From Malacoraja senta (taxonomy: Eukaryota): a stretch of 64,000 nucleotides of DNA. The stretch spans positions 2,606,001-2,670,000 of the forward strand of contig CM075997.1 in NCBI GenBank assembly GCA_038087875.1, read 5' to 3'. Of the stretch, positions 13,901 to 28,500 are shown piece by piece. The position numbers and the translations under genes are program-made. The notes beneath the pieces were generated by a model, which saw nothing but the letters and a program-made list of their open reading frames with translations, did no database searches and was not told where the DNA came from. Positions within the stretch are counted from its first letter, which is position 1. Every line of letters starts with the position of its first letter.

Positions 13901-16900
13901 CCCAAAGGTGTTGATGGCCTGTGCTCTGTTACTTCAATCTGTGTGTTGAGAGTACTGCTGTATTTTGAGATTTTGACCCAGCAATGATGAAGGAACAGCA
14001 GTTGTGTCCAATTTAGGATTGTGAGTGAGCCAGAAGAAATGTTGTAGGTGACTTGTGCTACATTTGACCTTGTAAACATTGGCAGTTTATATTTAAGAGA
14101 TGCTACCAAGAAAATGAATTGCTGCAGTATATAACATAATGCACCGAGCATTATAAAAGAAGTACTCGGCATTGGTGAGAATAGCAGAAAAGCAGAATAA
14201 TAGAGAATAGCAGAATAAAGAAAAACAAGCAGTTTCTATTTCCTATTTTCAGATTTGCAGTTTTCGGATTACAGTAAACTCGCTTTTACGGACCTCTTTA
14301 AAACGGATTTTGGTTATAGCAGAAGGACATACCAACGGCTGACTGCACTGCCCCCGGATCATACCACTTCGCCGTTGCTTACTAGCCCCAGCTACACGCA
14401 CCACCTCCTGCACTGCTAGGCCGTGCCTGCCACTAACCCATACCTGCACTCTGGCTACCCACGGGATGCGACCGGTGACTCTGCCGGTCGATGCCTCTCC
14501 CCCGTCAAGTGACCTAGATACCAGCTCCAGTTCCGAACCAATAGTCTGAAGAAAGGTCTCGTCCGAAACCTCACCTTTCCATGTTCTCCAGAATTGCTGC
14601 CTGACCTGCTGAATCACTCCAGCACTTTGTGCCCTTTTGCGTATTAACCAGCAACTGCAATTGTTTGTTCTACTACTTATATAATCATAATACTTAGTTA
14701 TAGCAGACAGTCGGCAATAACAGACACCATTGTCCAACCCCCCCCCCCCCCATGGTTTGTTACAACAAGGGTTTACTGTACATTGCTTTTCCAATCCAGC
14801 TGGTGGTAATGATGCATTTTTAGGAACATGTGCAGAAGCTATTTGTATTGGATGTTGCAAGTAATTAGAGAGTATTTCTTCACACTCCAGAACCACCGAC
14901 TACAGTAAATCAATAATTGGTACCTGTGGCAATTCAGTGCCAGACTGGTGCATTTTCATGACTATTGCATATTAATCCTATTGATACGTTTAATTTGCTT
15001 ACGTTTGGTGTTACCATACATAGAACAATGCAGCACAGGAACATGGCCTATTATTATGTCATATGACACCAATTTAAACTGCAAATTTGCCTGCATATTT
15101 ACATGCCAGAATTCACTACTTGTTCATGTCTGTCTAAATGCTTCTTAAATGATGCTCTCATATTTTCTTTCACCATACCCCTTCAGACTAAAGAATCCAG
15201 ACCTGAAACATCGTCTATCCATTCCCTCCTGATCTGCTAAGTTATTCCAACACTTTGTATTCTTCTTTCTATAGCTAATACTAAAATCCAGTCAACATCC
15301 TGTTGAACCTCCTTTGCATCCTGTCCAAAACCTTAACATCCTTCTGTAATATGGTGATCAGAACTGCACATAATACTCCAAATGTGGCCTAACCAAAGTT
15401 TTATACAGCTGCAACATGACTTCCTGACCTTTATATTCAAAGTCTTGATGATGAATGCAGCCATGCTGTGTTTTTACCACTCTATCAATGTGTTGCCACG
15501 TTCTGAGAGCAATGGAATTGCACCACAAGATCCCTCTGTATCAATGGTGCTAAGGGCCCTGCCATTTACTGTATACTTGCCTCTTTCATTGGACCTCCCA
15601 TAGTGTAACACTTCACTTGGCTGGATTAAATTCCATCTGCCACTTCTCAGATTTGCAACTGGTCTATAACTTGCCAAATCTTTTGACAACCTTCCTTACT
15701 GTCCACATTCCTGTTGATTTTTGTGTTGCATGCAAACTTACATTTTTATCCAAATCAATTTGTACATCACTGTTCACTGATCTCCAGTCAGAGTAACACC
15801 AGTATCCTTGATCTTCTATGGCCCATCCAATTTTGAACCAATCTACCAAGTTTCCACAGATTCCATGCGTCTAATCTGGAGGGACCTTCTCAAAAGCTTT
15901 AAAGTCCGTGTTTACAACATCCACTGTCTTTCCCTCATCAATCATCTTCATCACCACCTCAAAACTCAGATTTGTAAGACATGACTCCCCCTGTACAAAG
16001 CCATGATGACTACTCCTGATAAATCTATGCTGTTCCCAAGTACATCCTATCCCAAGGAATCTGCAATAATTTCTACACTGTTGATGTAGGTCTCTCAGGC
16101 CTATAATTTGGGGGGGGTTTCCCTACTGCCCTCAAACAGAGTACAGTTGTATAATATATTTACCAATGAACTTGTTCTGCGGAGACAGAGAATTGATGGG
16201 GAGTGTGAGATCCAGGATGCTAATCAGTTTATAGTTGAAGACTCGGGATCCCAATCAGTGTATAAGAAGCACAAGAAACATCACCCTGTGAGCCAATGCC
16301 AAACCATTAGGATTTCAAAACAGTCAGATATTAGATTTGGGAGTTTTACTGTAGGTGGCGAGACTCCAGATTGCCAATTCATTGTTGCTGCTAGATCAAG
16401 TTATGTAAATTTATTTGTAGAAATTAAATAATGCAGTTTGACTGTATAACTAATAACAAAATTGTCCAGAGATTGTGATGTAGGGTTTAAATGACATGAT
16501 GAATTATAAATGGGGTCAAGGAAAGAGCGTTCATGTCGCGGCCCTGTTTCCACCAATCTTTCCACCACCACGCACAAGAAGCAACAAGACAGACACCATT
16601 GTATGCAGATGCCGAGATGTGTGTCAGCTCTGGCTGAACAATTTCTAATCTTGTGTGCGGACTCGATAAGAAGAAGAAGAATTATAAATCGAGATGTCCT
16701 GGAATTCGGTTAATTCTATTGTAGCGTAAATCTGTCCAATTATTTAATTGGATTACTTTAGTATCCAGTCATAAAATACTTACCAACAAAATTCTGCTTT
16801 CACAATGAGTGGCGGTGCTGGCTCGAAGGGCCGAATGGCCTCCTCCTGCACCTATTTTCTATGTTTCTCTAAAGCTGCTACTCATTTCATAAAGGCATGC

Positions 16901-19900
16901 AATGCAAGATACCATCTGGTCTATCGTGCCTGTGTGTGCTCATGCATTAGTTCGTTAGTTCCACTTCCTCCATAACTCAAAGTGTGTCCATTTTCCAAGT
17001 ATTGATAATCCAATACCCACTGTGAAAGTTATTGTTTCTAAGTTACTGAGTTACTCCAGCATTTTTAGGTCTATCTTTGGTTTAAACTAGCATCTGCTGT
17101 TCCTTCCTGCACAACCTTATTTGCTTTATTAGATAATGAACATTGCACACATCACATGATTGCAGTGGGACAGTTTGGTGTTTTAAATTATTCTGAATGT
17201 TATGACTAGTGGAATTACAGACTGCTTTTGTATTTGTTCAATGCAGATTTCACTCATGAGGATTGTGAAACAAGACAATAGAATAACTAATGCACAGTTA
17301 GTCCGATGCCTACTAATGGCTTATCCTGTCTTTTGGAATATGTACAGTAGAGAAAAGCAAATAGCAATTACCAGAAATAATCAACGTAATGTTGGTCAGC
17401 TTCTCTTTTTAAAACAAAAAAACTAGGCATGTGGAGTGGAAACAATATTTGTCTATACTGAGAAAGGACGGGTTAATATTTTGGGAGTGTACTGTTATCA
17501 TAACTGGGACAAATATTTAGTAAAGATAGACACAAAATGCTGGGGTAACTCGGCGGGACAGGCAGCATCTCTGGAGAGAAGGAATGGGTGACGTTTTGGG
17601 TCGAGATCCTTCTTCAGACCTGAAATGTCACCCATTCCACTCCAGAGATGCTGCCTGTCCCGCTGAGTTACTCCAGCAATTTGTGTCTATCTTCAGTGTA
17701 AACCAGCATCTGCAGTTCCTTCCTACACATTTAGTATGCTTTGAAAAATAGAGGATTAGAGAACAGCAAATGACATACTCCAATCAAGGACGTTAATGAG
17801 CGGAATATAACAGTGAAAGGTGACTTATCCTTCCAGTTGAAGGTAGACAAAAATGCTGGAGAAACTCAGCGGGTGAGGCAGCATCTATGGAGCAAAGGAA
17901 ATAGGCAAAGTTTCGGGTCGACACCCTTCTTCAGACATGTGACGGTGGGGGGGGGGAGAGCTGAGAAGGGGAGGAGAAAGCAGGGATTACCTGAAATTAG
18001 AGAAGTCAACGTTCATACCAATGGGGTGTAACCTGCCCAAGCGAAATATGAGGTGCTGCTCCTCCAATTTACGGTGGTCCTCACTGGCCATGGAGGAGGT
18101 CCAGGACAGAAAGGTCGGATTCGGAATGGGATGGGGAGTTGAAGTGCTGAGCCACCGGGAGATCAGGTAGGTTAATGCGAACCGAGCGGAGGTGTTGGGC
18201 GATGCGATCGCCAAGTCAACGCTTGGTCTCACCGATGTAGATCAGCTGACACCTAGAGCAGCGGATGCAATAGATAAGGTTGGAGGAGGAGCTGGTGAAC
18301 CTCTGCCGTACCTGAAAAGACTGCTTGGGTCCTTGAATGGAGTCAAGGGGGGAGGTAAAGCGACAAGTGTAGCATTTCCTGGGATTGCAAGGGAAAGTGC
18401 CAGGAGAGGGGGTGGCTTGGGTGGGAAGGGACGAATTGACCAGGGAGTTACGGAGGGAGCGGTCTCTGCGGAAAGCAGACAGGGGAGGAGATGGGAAGAC
18501 GTGGCCGGTGGTGGGATCCTGTTGGAGGTGGCGAAAGTGTCGGAGGATTATTTGTTGTATGTGACGGCTGCTAGGGAGGACAAGGTGGACTCTGCCCTTG
18601 TTACGAGTGGGGGGATGGGGAGTGAGAGCAGAGTTACGGGGTATTTAAGAGATCCTTCCAGTGGAGGTCACTTATGGCTTCATAATTAATCTTTACTACA
18701 CTGCCGTGTCTGTTTACTTTCTGCTTCAAAATCTGCTCATTTTGTTATCCCATATATTTTCCAACTCAATATTCATGAAATAACGGAAAATGTAAATGCA
18801 GACATGTCTGGTTCTCAGCTTTGACATTTAAAGTACTTCATATTTTTCCATGGAGAAATATCATGCCCTTGTCAAATTTGAAAGAAATGGTCAAATTTGA
18901 AAGTATGCAGTAAGTAGCACAATTCCTCTGGGCAAACGAGGTTTGGAATGACTCAACAGTGCGACCAACTGGAACGTGACGGTAATGCTGCTGTTCAAAT
19001 AGCCAATAATTCACCTGCATAATTTAAAGGGGCTACTTTACTTAATTTGTGGCTGAAACAAACCAAACACCAAACATACCATGTGAAACATTGTTCCATT
19101 TCTAGTGTTTTTAATAATTTTATTCTTAGGATGCAGCAAAGTTGGCATTCAACGGCTCTCTTAATCTTACTCAAGAAAGTAATTACAAACGTTAAATAGT
19201 TGCAGCGCTACTTAAGAAGACGTCGCAGTGGTAGGACTGATGCCTCACAGCGCTAGAGACCCAGGTTCGATCCTGACCTCGGGTGCTATCAGTGTGGAGT
19301 TTGTACGTCCTTCCTGTGACTGAGTGGGGATACTCCGGTTTCTTCCCACATCCCATCGACATACGGGTTTGTGAGGTTAATTGGATTCTGTAAATTGTCC
19401 CTGGTGTGTAGGATAGTGCTAGATACACTGGTCACTGGTTGATCACTGGTTGTTCGGTGGATCGGAGGGCCTATTTCCATGCTGTATCTCTAAAACTAAA
19501 ATTCCAAAACTAAATTCTAGATCAGAGAGCATCTGTGGATAGAAAGCTAACATTGTTAGATCAATGGCTATCCACGGCCTGCCATTTTACACACAACGTC
19601 ACTTATTGACATGTTGCAGTATGAATGATACTTGGTAACTGAGCACTGATGAACGCTCGCTTGACAGCAGAGAGCCTTCTGTAGCTTTAAAATGGCTCCC
19701 CAATGTCACACCTGCATTAATTTATCTTTTTTTAAATTCCAACAGAACAAACTCCAAAAGTTGCCAAGTCATGTGCAGGATCCAGAGTGTTATCTGTGAG
19801 AAGGCCACGTGTCCCAACTGGTAAGAACACTGTCAAGGAATCATTTTTAAGCACTGAGATTTTTTTTTTTAATTGGTAAATCATTGCCAAATTATGTGGC

Positions 19901-22900
19901 AAACCAAATATGAGTTAAAATAAATGTAAACACCTTTTTTTTATTTTTTATTTCAAGAGTACTCCCTTGAAGGGATCGTGGATTAAATTCCTCTGATCAA
20001 CAATTTGGTGGAGAGTTCAGAGCCTGTCCCACTTTCACGACCTTTTTTTACTCGTGGACATTTTTCATCATGTTGAAAAAACGCCCCGACCTACTTGATG
20101 CCACGAGTAGCTACGACTAGCATCATGACCTGCTACAACCTACCTACGACCTCGTGACGACCATGCTGCGAGTATGAGTCAAGGGCGAACTCGGCAGAGG
20201 TCGTGAATCAGGTTGTGAAAGTTGGACAGGCCCTTTACACACATGCAACTTTCCACCATTGTCTCCCCTTGCGAACAACATTAACCACCCCTTCCCCAGC
20301 ACATTTTCCTGCCATCAACTTACTGTTCCTTCCTCAATGATAGACCTGGAAATGCATCAATAATTAGGTCTAAGCATCTAATGGATTTGGAGCTCTTTGA
20401 ACTTGGGTTTGTCACCCCCCACCACCACCCCCCTCTACTTTATTTGTATCTTTGGTTCTCATTTCTTGCTATAGGATTCTATATTCTATAGAGAGCAAGC
20501 CTTATCTGGCTACTGTTTCTCTGATCTTTGAGAGGGTCTCTACCCTCTCAATGGCTGTTTGTATGTATGATGTTCTATAATAAAAAGTTCCACTACAAAG
20601 GCAAGGTATTGCCGAGGCAAAGTGCAGCCTAGTACTGGTCTCAACCTGAAACGTCACCCATTCCTTCTCTTCAGAGATGCTGCCTGTCCCGCTGAGTTAC
20701 TCCAGCTTTTTGTGTCTTATTTTCTAGTACTTGTAAATTCCCTCGTTAGCAAGGAAACTGCCGTACATATAAAACAACCTTTAATGCAAGGAACTGGGTG
20801 GGGCTTGGATTAGTAGATGTTATGTTAGATAAGAGAGATTTAATGTAGATTTACAGAATAGAAACGGGTCCATCAGCCCAACAAGTCCACGCCAACCGAC
20901 CCATTCACACTCGATCTATGTGATGCCAATTTTGCATCCATTCCCTACTCATTTGGGGTAATTTACAGAGTCCAAATAACTTACAAACCTGCAAGTCTGA
21001 AGTCTGAAGAAGGGTCTTGACCCGAAACGTCACCCATTCCTTCTCTCCAGAGATGCTGTCTGTCCCGCATTTTGTGCCCATCTTCGGTTTAAACTAGATT
21101 CTGCAGTTCCTTCCTATGGAAATCTTTGGAATGTGAGAGTAAACCCACATGGTCACAAGGAGAACGTGGAAATTCCACATAGGTAACGCCGAAGTTCAGG
21201 GTCGAATCATGGTCTCTGGCGCTGCAAGGCAGCTGCTCTACTGTGCCGCTCTGAAATCTTATTTTAGTGCGAGCGCCTTGGTGAACCTCACGGGGTAAGT
21301 AAAAAAACATTGAGCAGTGGTATTTCACCGGAAGCCCTGGAGAGCCTCCTATTTATTCTGCACCTTTCGTGTCTCTTCACAGATATTTGTTGGATTGAAA
21401 AAAAGCACTGAATCTAAACATGCTCTTGTTTCCAATAAGAACATTTGCATTTAGTAAGATTTGATCTCATGCAGATCAGTCAGTGCTACCTGGCACACAT
21501 TTGTTTATATCAATTCATTTTTGCTGTCTGCACGAAGTTAAGGCACAATAGAACAAAAGAAATATGTAGTACATATAGAAATATGTACACCATCCAACCA
21601 ACCGTGCCTTCTTCACTGTTCCCATGATAATGACTGATTTCTTTGTTACCTCAGTACCACTTCCCTGCACTAATCTCCTGTCCCTTAGTTACTTTATTCT
21701 TTAAAACTTATCAATCTCTGTCTTGAATGCACTCGGCAAAGGCTCTCTACAGGCCTCCTGGGTAGAAAATTCTTTAAAAAAAATTACTGGTATTAGTAGA
21801 CAGCATTGTCAGCATTAAATAGATATTAGAGCATATCATCCATTGCAGCTTCTCATCAGGCACAAGAGACTGCAGATGCTATAACCCGGAGCAGAACAAA
21901 AAGCTGGAAGAATGCAGCAGGGCAGGCAGCATCTCTGGAGGCAAAGGAATTGTTTGGGTTGAGGCCCTGCATCAGGTCTGAGCGTAAAGGGGAGATAGCC
22001 AGTGTCAAGAGGGGAGGGGGATGGATGAGTGAGGAGCTGGCAAATAATGGGTGATTCAGGTGAGAAGGGAGTTAATGGGCAATGGAGGAGAGGGGGAGAT
22101 GGTGACAGAGGCTACAGAATGGGTAAAGATGGTGACAAAAGGGCTGCAGATTATGGAATTTGATGACAAGATGAGTAGAACCAAATAAAGGAGGGATGGT
22201 GGCAGGTGGAAACATGGGCAAGAAATTAGAAAGTTATTCAACAGGCTCCTATTAAATATTTTCCCTCTCATCTTAAACTTGTGTTATCTGGTTCTTGATT
22301 CCCTTACCCTGGTTAAAAGACTCTGCATTCACCCTATCTATCCCCTCAGGGTTTTATACACTTCTATAAGATCACCCTTAGCCTCCTGCGGTCTAAGGAA
22401 TAAAGTCCTAGCTTGTCCAATCTCTCCCTATAACTCGGGCCCTTGAATCCTGACAACATCCTTATAAATCTTATCTGCACTCTTTCCAGCTTAATAATAT
22501 CCTTCCTATAGTAAGGTGACCAATACTGAATATAATACTCCAAATGCTGCCTCACCAACATCTTGTACAATTGTAGCACAACGTACCAACTTCTATATTC
22601 AGTATCAAGACTGATGAAGGCTAATGTACCAAGAGCCGCCTTTACCACCCTATCTATCTGTGACGCCACTTTCAGGAAACTGTGCACCGGTACTCCTAGA
22701 TCCTTTTGTGCTATACACTTCCCAGGGCTCTACCATTCACTGTGAAGGTCCTGCCCTGATTTGACTTCCCAAATGTAACACATCACACTTATTTGCATTG
22801 AACTGCATTCGCCATTGTTCAGCCCACTTGCCCAGCTGATTAAGATCCTGCTGTAATTTTTGATAACCACCTTCACTGTCTATGATACCACTACTTTAGT

Positions 22901-25490
22901 GTCATTTGCAAACTTATTAATCATGCCTTGCACATTCTCACACACATTCTCCACACATTCTCACAGATCCTCCTTGTCTTCTATTGAAATGAACACATTC
23001 CTTTTATTTATTGGTTACTAAGCAGCAGGTGTGATCCCACATTCTGCAGTTCAAATGTGTCAACACTTCCTACTCTGCTTGTGTTAGAATCTAAAAAACT
23101 GCAAATGCTGGGAATCTGAAATAACAACCAAACATTGTTGTGAAAAGTAAGCAGATCCGGCGTCTCCTGTGAAAGGAGAAAACAATGTTTATGGTTATTA
23201 AAAATGAGAAAGAGAAAAAAAACGTTATTTTTTTTCTTGAACAGCATGCTGGGGGGAATCTATGTAATGTCATGTTATGAGGTCTATTGCATTTGCTTGA
23301 TGTAGCTGGAGTTAAAATTCTCGTCCAAAAAAATTGCATCCCAGGCAACCCACTGTCCTTTGTGCCACTACAAACTAGAGCCTTAAGGGCCTGTCCCACT
23401 TTCACGACCTAATTCACGAACTTTTTTACTCGTGGACATTTTTCATCATGTAGAAAAAGCGCCCCGACCTACTTGATGCCACGAGCATCTACGACTAGCA
23501 TCATGACCTTCCTACGACCATGCTGCGATTATGAGTCAAGGGCAAACTCGGCAGAGGTCGTGAAAGTGGGACAGACCCTATAATTATTTGCTCGTCTCTG
23601 AAGTGAGCCTTAATTAGAGTTTCTGACCAAAGGTGAAAATGCAGCCACAATTCTGAATGTGGTCATTGTAAAGAGTTAAAACTCTTTATTTTTCTGCAGA
23701 CTGATCTTCTACTAATTGACATCCTCTTGCAGCAGTATATTTTCCTTTTGGCCTGTGAGATGACATGGGAAGATGAGGAGTAATAACTTCGTGGGATTTC
23801 CAAAATATTTAAATGAAATAATTTCTTAAAGTTCGTAATTTCTCTTCTTACTAAACCTGATATTTGAGTGCTGTCCCTTTTGATTTATTTCAGAAAATCT
23901 GGTCATTCACCCTATCCGTTGTGCAGCAATTAGCAGTTGCATGTTAAACATGCTCGTGGGACATCTTCCAAAATACAAAAGCTCTAAAGGGACCCTGGCT
24001 GCTTTCATAGTGGAGATAGGTAAGAGTATGGCACTTGTTTATGATGGAAATCTGAAGTTCGAGAGCATAAAATAAGATTTGTTCTTCCCTCTTTTTTAAA
24101 CAATCTGTCATTAAATTTAACATCCGTTGTGGGAAGGAAATAGTAAATACTGGGCATTTAGTCATCATCTGCAGTGAGGGAGAAACAAAGAAGAATGGTC
24201 CCAACCCAAAATGTCACCGTTTACAGAATTAGGTGTGCCAGCAATGCAGGAGTGGGGCAAAACCCAAAGGCAGGAGCAAGATGGAATACTCTGTTTGAAT
24301 GAGTGCAGCTCTGGCAATGCAATAACTCTACTCCATCCAGGACAAAGCAGCCTGCATATTGGCGACCCATCTGTCATCCCTGGCCAAGTATTTGCTTTGG
24401 CTACTGTGATATCACCTCCCAAATCTATGGCAGTGCTGGTGAATGTCACCAGATTCCCCTCCCAAGTTACACACTTTTCTGACATAGAAATAAATCATAT
24501 TCTTCAAGATTGTTAAGGGTTTGGACAGACTAGAGGCAGGAAACATGTTCCCGATGTTGGGGGAGTCCAGAACCAGGGGCCACAGTTTAAGAATAAGGAG
24601 TAAGCCATTTAGAACGGAGACGAGGAAACACTTTTTCTCACAGAGAGTGGTGAGTCTGTGGAATTCTCTGCCTCAACGGGCGGTGGAGGCCGGTTCTCTG
24701 GATGCTTTCAAGAGAGAGCTAGATAGGGCTCTTAAAAATAGCGGAGTCAGGGGATATGGGGAGAAGGCAGGAACGGGGTGCCGATTGGGGATGATCAGCC
24801 ATGATCACATGAAGGGCCAAATTGTCTATTGCTGGCTCGAAGGGCCTATTGTCTATTGTCTATTTCTCGACCCAAAACGTCACCTGTTCCTTTTCTCTGT
24901 TTGATCCGCTGAGTTACTGCAGCTTTTTGTGTCTATCTTCGGTTTAAACCAGCATCTGCAGTTCCTTCCTACATATTTTATCATTGCTGTGTTTAAATTC
25001 TGAAACTCACAATGGAGGTAGCTTCAAGAGAATGTCTCTCCACTCCCTGAAGGAAATTTTAATCGCTGATTTTAAATACCGATTTTGCTAGTGACACACA
25101 GATCTCCAAAAGTGAATAAACATAACTTGTGCAGTAACTGGCCATTTTGTCCAAATGATCTTGGCTCCCACAATGCTCCCTCATATTACTACATTAAGCT
25201 CTGTTCACGTAACTTGCAATTTGGAGAAGCATAAATATCGATAATCTGTATGACTTTGGGGGGAGAAAAAATAAGAGGAATTTGTTTTTATTTTAACTAA
25301 GTAAATATCAAGGAAAAAGCTAAATTTCTCTTTGGGAATCGGGAAGAAGGCACAGGAGCCTGTTCAGGAACAGCTTCTTCCCTACAGCCATTAGTCTATT
25401 AAACACTACAACCTCCAAATAAGCTCTGAACTACATAGATTATTATTGCACTATCATTGTTTGTTTGTTATGTGTGTGTGTGTGTGTGTG

Positions 25491-25532
<42 letters not shown>

Positions 25533-28500
25533 TTCAAGAGTGCAACGCATTAATCAACTAAAGTATGAAGAAGGGTGTCGACCCAAAATGTACCCATTTC
25601 TTCTCTCCAGAGATGCTGCCTGTCCGGCTGAGTTACTACAGCATTTTGTGCCTATCTTTAACTAAGGTATAGTTATCCAGGCTAAAGAAAGGAATAGCTT
25701 TAATTTTTAGTGTCCGTATGAAGTGGTCTCAAGCCATCTATACTGCTCAATCAATGCAGAATATTTATTTATGCTTCAGCGAGAATATTTCAATCTTTAC
25801 TTCAAAATTATATTCTTTACTGCCATTGATTTTGGCTCCGCAGTGACAGAAGATTGCAGCAGCGAGACTGGTGAACAGTATGAAGTTGTTGCTTTAGGAA
25901 CAGGAGACTCTTGCTACAGCGGTTGGATGTGTTTTGATGGCCGTTTACTCCATGACTGTCATGCTGCAGTGATTGCAAGAAGAGCATTGCAAAGGTAATG
26001 ACGCGGAAAGTTTGTTTAAGTGCATATAAATGATGTCATGAGATCTCCATCTCCTGTCTTCAGTATACTCAGTGTTCCACTATATGGAACATTTGCAAGT
26101 TGTTCATCCATTTGCAGATGGACAAAAACATTGGCATTCTGGAGAGCCTGGAAAGAGGCAAGCCTGATCCCTTGGAACGGAATTGAGGGAAGATTGGAGA
26201 AATTTAATGGGCTTGGTTGTAACAGGTTCATTAACATGTGAAAGTAAAATATGTAAAAAAGATGAATTCAAGACCAAGTGACCCAAAACGTCACGTATCC
26301 ATGTTTTGCAGAGATGCTGCCTGAGTTGCTAAGTTACTCCAGCACTTTGAGTCCGTTTGTGTATCAACCAGCATCTGCAGTTCTGTTTCTACATTTTGAC
26401 TGTTCCAACCGCAAAATCTCCTCAAGCTACTCGTACTTTGAAGAAGTTCTCTCTCTGGGAGTTCTGTGAGTTCCACGGAGTTCTCTCAGTGCTCCCCCTC
26501 TGATTCCTGCTGCTCTCCATCCTTTGTCCTGCCTCTCCCCTTTCCCAGCTTTCTTCCCCCCCCCCCCCCACACACACAATCAGTCTGAAAAAGGGTCCCA
26601 ACCTGAAACATATTCTCCAGAGATGCTGCCTGACCTGCTGAGTTACTCCAGCACTTTGTGTCCCTTTTGTAACAAAGTTTCAAGCAAGCGAAGGCAAATT
26701 TAGGATTGACGATGAGAAATGTATAGATAAGCATCATGGAATATGTTTATTCATTTATGGGGTGTGGGTGCTTAGCAAGACCAGTAGAGCATTTCTTGCC
26801 CAAAACTAATTTTCAAAGAATTGAATGGCTTGCAAAATTAAGAGTCATCTGGACTATCAGTCTGAAGTCCTCTGTAGGCAGGAATAGATGATGACATTTT
26901 CTCTCATGTTTTTTTCTCTGATCCCTTGGAGTGGTTTCTATTAGTAAGACCAGCATCTCTTTTACAATTCCAGATTATTTAATACACTGAATTTAAATTC
27001 TTCAGCTGCTGTGGTTGAATAGTCCAGCCTTTTAGACATTAGAGATGCTGCGTGAAAACAGGCCCTTCGGCCCAACGGGTCCATGACGACCAGCGATCAC
27101 CCTGCCAGCATTATCCTACACACGAGGGACAATTTATAGAAGCCAATTAACCTACAAATCTCTACGTCTTTGCAGTGTGGGAGGAAACCGGAGCACCCGG
27201 AGAAATCCCACGTGAGAAAGGTACAAACTCTATACAGACAGCAGCCGTAGTCAGGATCGAACCCGGATCTCTGGTGCTATAAGGTAGTAACTCTACCGCT
27301 GTGTCACTGTGCCGCCCTTTGGGAATTAGTCCTGTCCTAACCATTCCTATAAATCTACACCGGTTTAGTGCTCCATTATAGGATTCAGCATTATATCTAA
27401 CATCTTTAGTGTAAGTCTTTGGCTTGAAAGATTTTTTTCGGAGCGTTTGATGTGGCTACAAATGTTGGATGGATAAGAGGCCGTATTGATTTGTTCGTTT
27501 TCTGAACTTGTCATGAGCTTTCAACTTTCCACGTTAACTGCATAAAATGCAATTTTAATGAAATCTGACGATCTTCTACTAAATAGATGGGCACAAACAC
27601 TTTGTAATAAACTAAACTTGCCAACAACCTGCTTGCAATTGCTGCACCATCAATGCTGGCTGGTAGCACAAAGAGTTCCAGAGTATTTAACCTTGTGTCT
27701 TTCACTCATTCAGTGACTTTTAAGCCTTTCGCCTATTCATTGCCCCCATATATTCACATCTTCATTTTGTTTAGATATTACATAGTAGTCATAGAAGTTA
27801 TACAGAACAGAAACAGGCCTGTTTGCTCATGCTGACCAAGATGCCGTATCTACACTAGCCCCACCTGCCACTAGTCCTGTAAATGACAGGCACATATAAT
27901 TTCTACAAAGGTCACATGGCAGTCATCAGGACTAAAACTTTGGGCTTTTTTTTCTCTCTGCCACTTAGGGCGGCACGGTGGCGCAGCGGTAGAGTTGCTG
28001 CCTTGCAGCGCCGGAGACCCGAGTTCGATACCGACTATGGATCCTGTCTGTACGGAGTTTGTACGTTCCCACCGTGACCGCGTGGGTTTTCTCTGAGATC
28101 TTCTGTTTCCTCCTACGCTCCAAAGGCGTACAAGTTTGTAGGTTAATTGGCTTGGTATGTGTACATTGTCCCTGGTGTGTGTAGGATCGTGTTAGTGTAC
28201 AGGGATCGCTGGTCGTTGCGGACCCGGTGGTCCAAAGGGCCTGTTTCCGCGCTGTATCTCTAAACTGAATTTTCCCAGCATTAAGCTTTTTGAATATCAA
28301 CAAAAGCACAAACCGGGGATCAAATGTGGAATATGTCTGCTCCATATATCTTACTTTCACAACTCGCTGCATCAGTCTGAAGTTTGATTTCCTTTTCAAG
28401 ACTTTTTATTATTGTGGAGAAGTTTAATGAAAAAGCTATAAAATCATTGTTAAATATACTCGGGGTCAGGTAGCATATGGAGACAGAAGTGGGTAACCTT

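Noticed and set aside
14249..14896. 215-aa ORF on the - strand, with an acceptor-like tttcAG at about 14252 on +
   Set aside because: It spans repeat fragments, has no recognisable domain, and the + frame stops without a good donor.
16108..16431. 107-aa ORF faintly resembling a hAT/Buster transposase N-terminus
   Set aside because: Similarity is too weak and no TIRs were seen.
19130..19178. Possible extra exon reading [16 protein letters not shown], resembling a dsRBM end
   Set aside because: It needs a phase-0 upstream partner exon, which I could not find. In phase 1 it has a stop, and the donor is weak.
27968..28040. tRNA-like sequence with A and B boxes
   Set aside because: This is a SINE head; it continues into the SINE core and no complete cloverleaf is evident.
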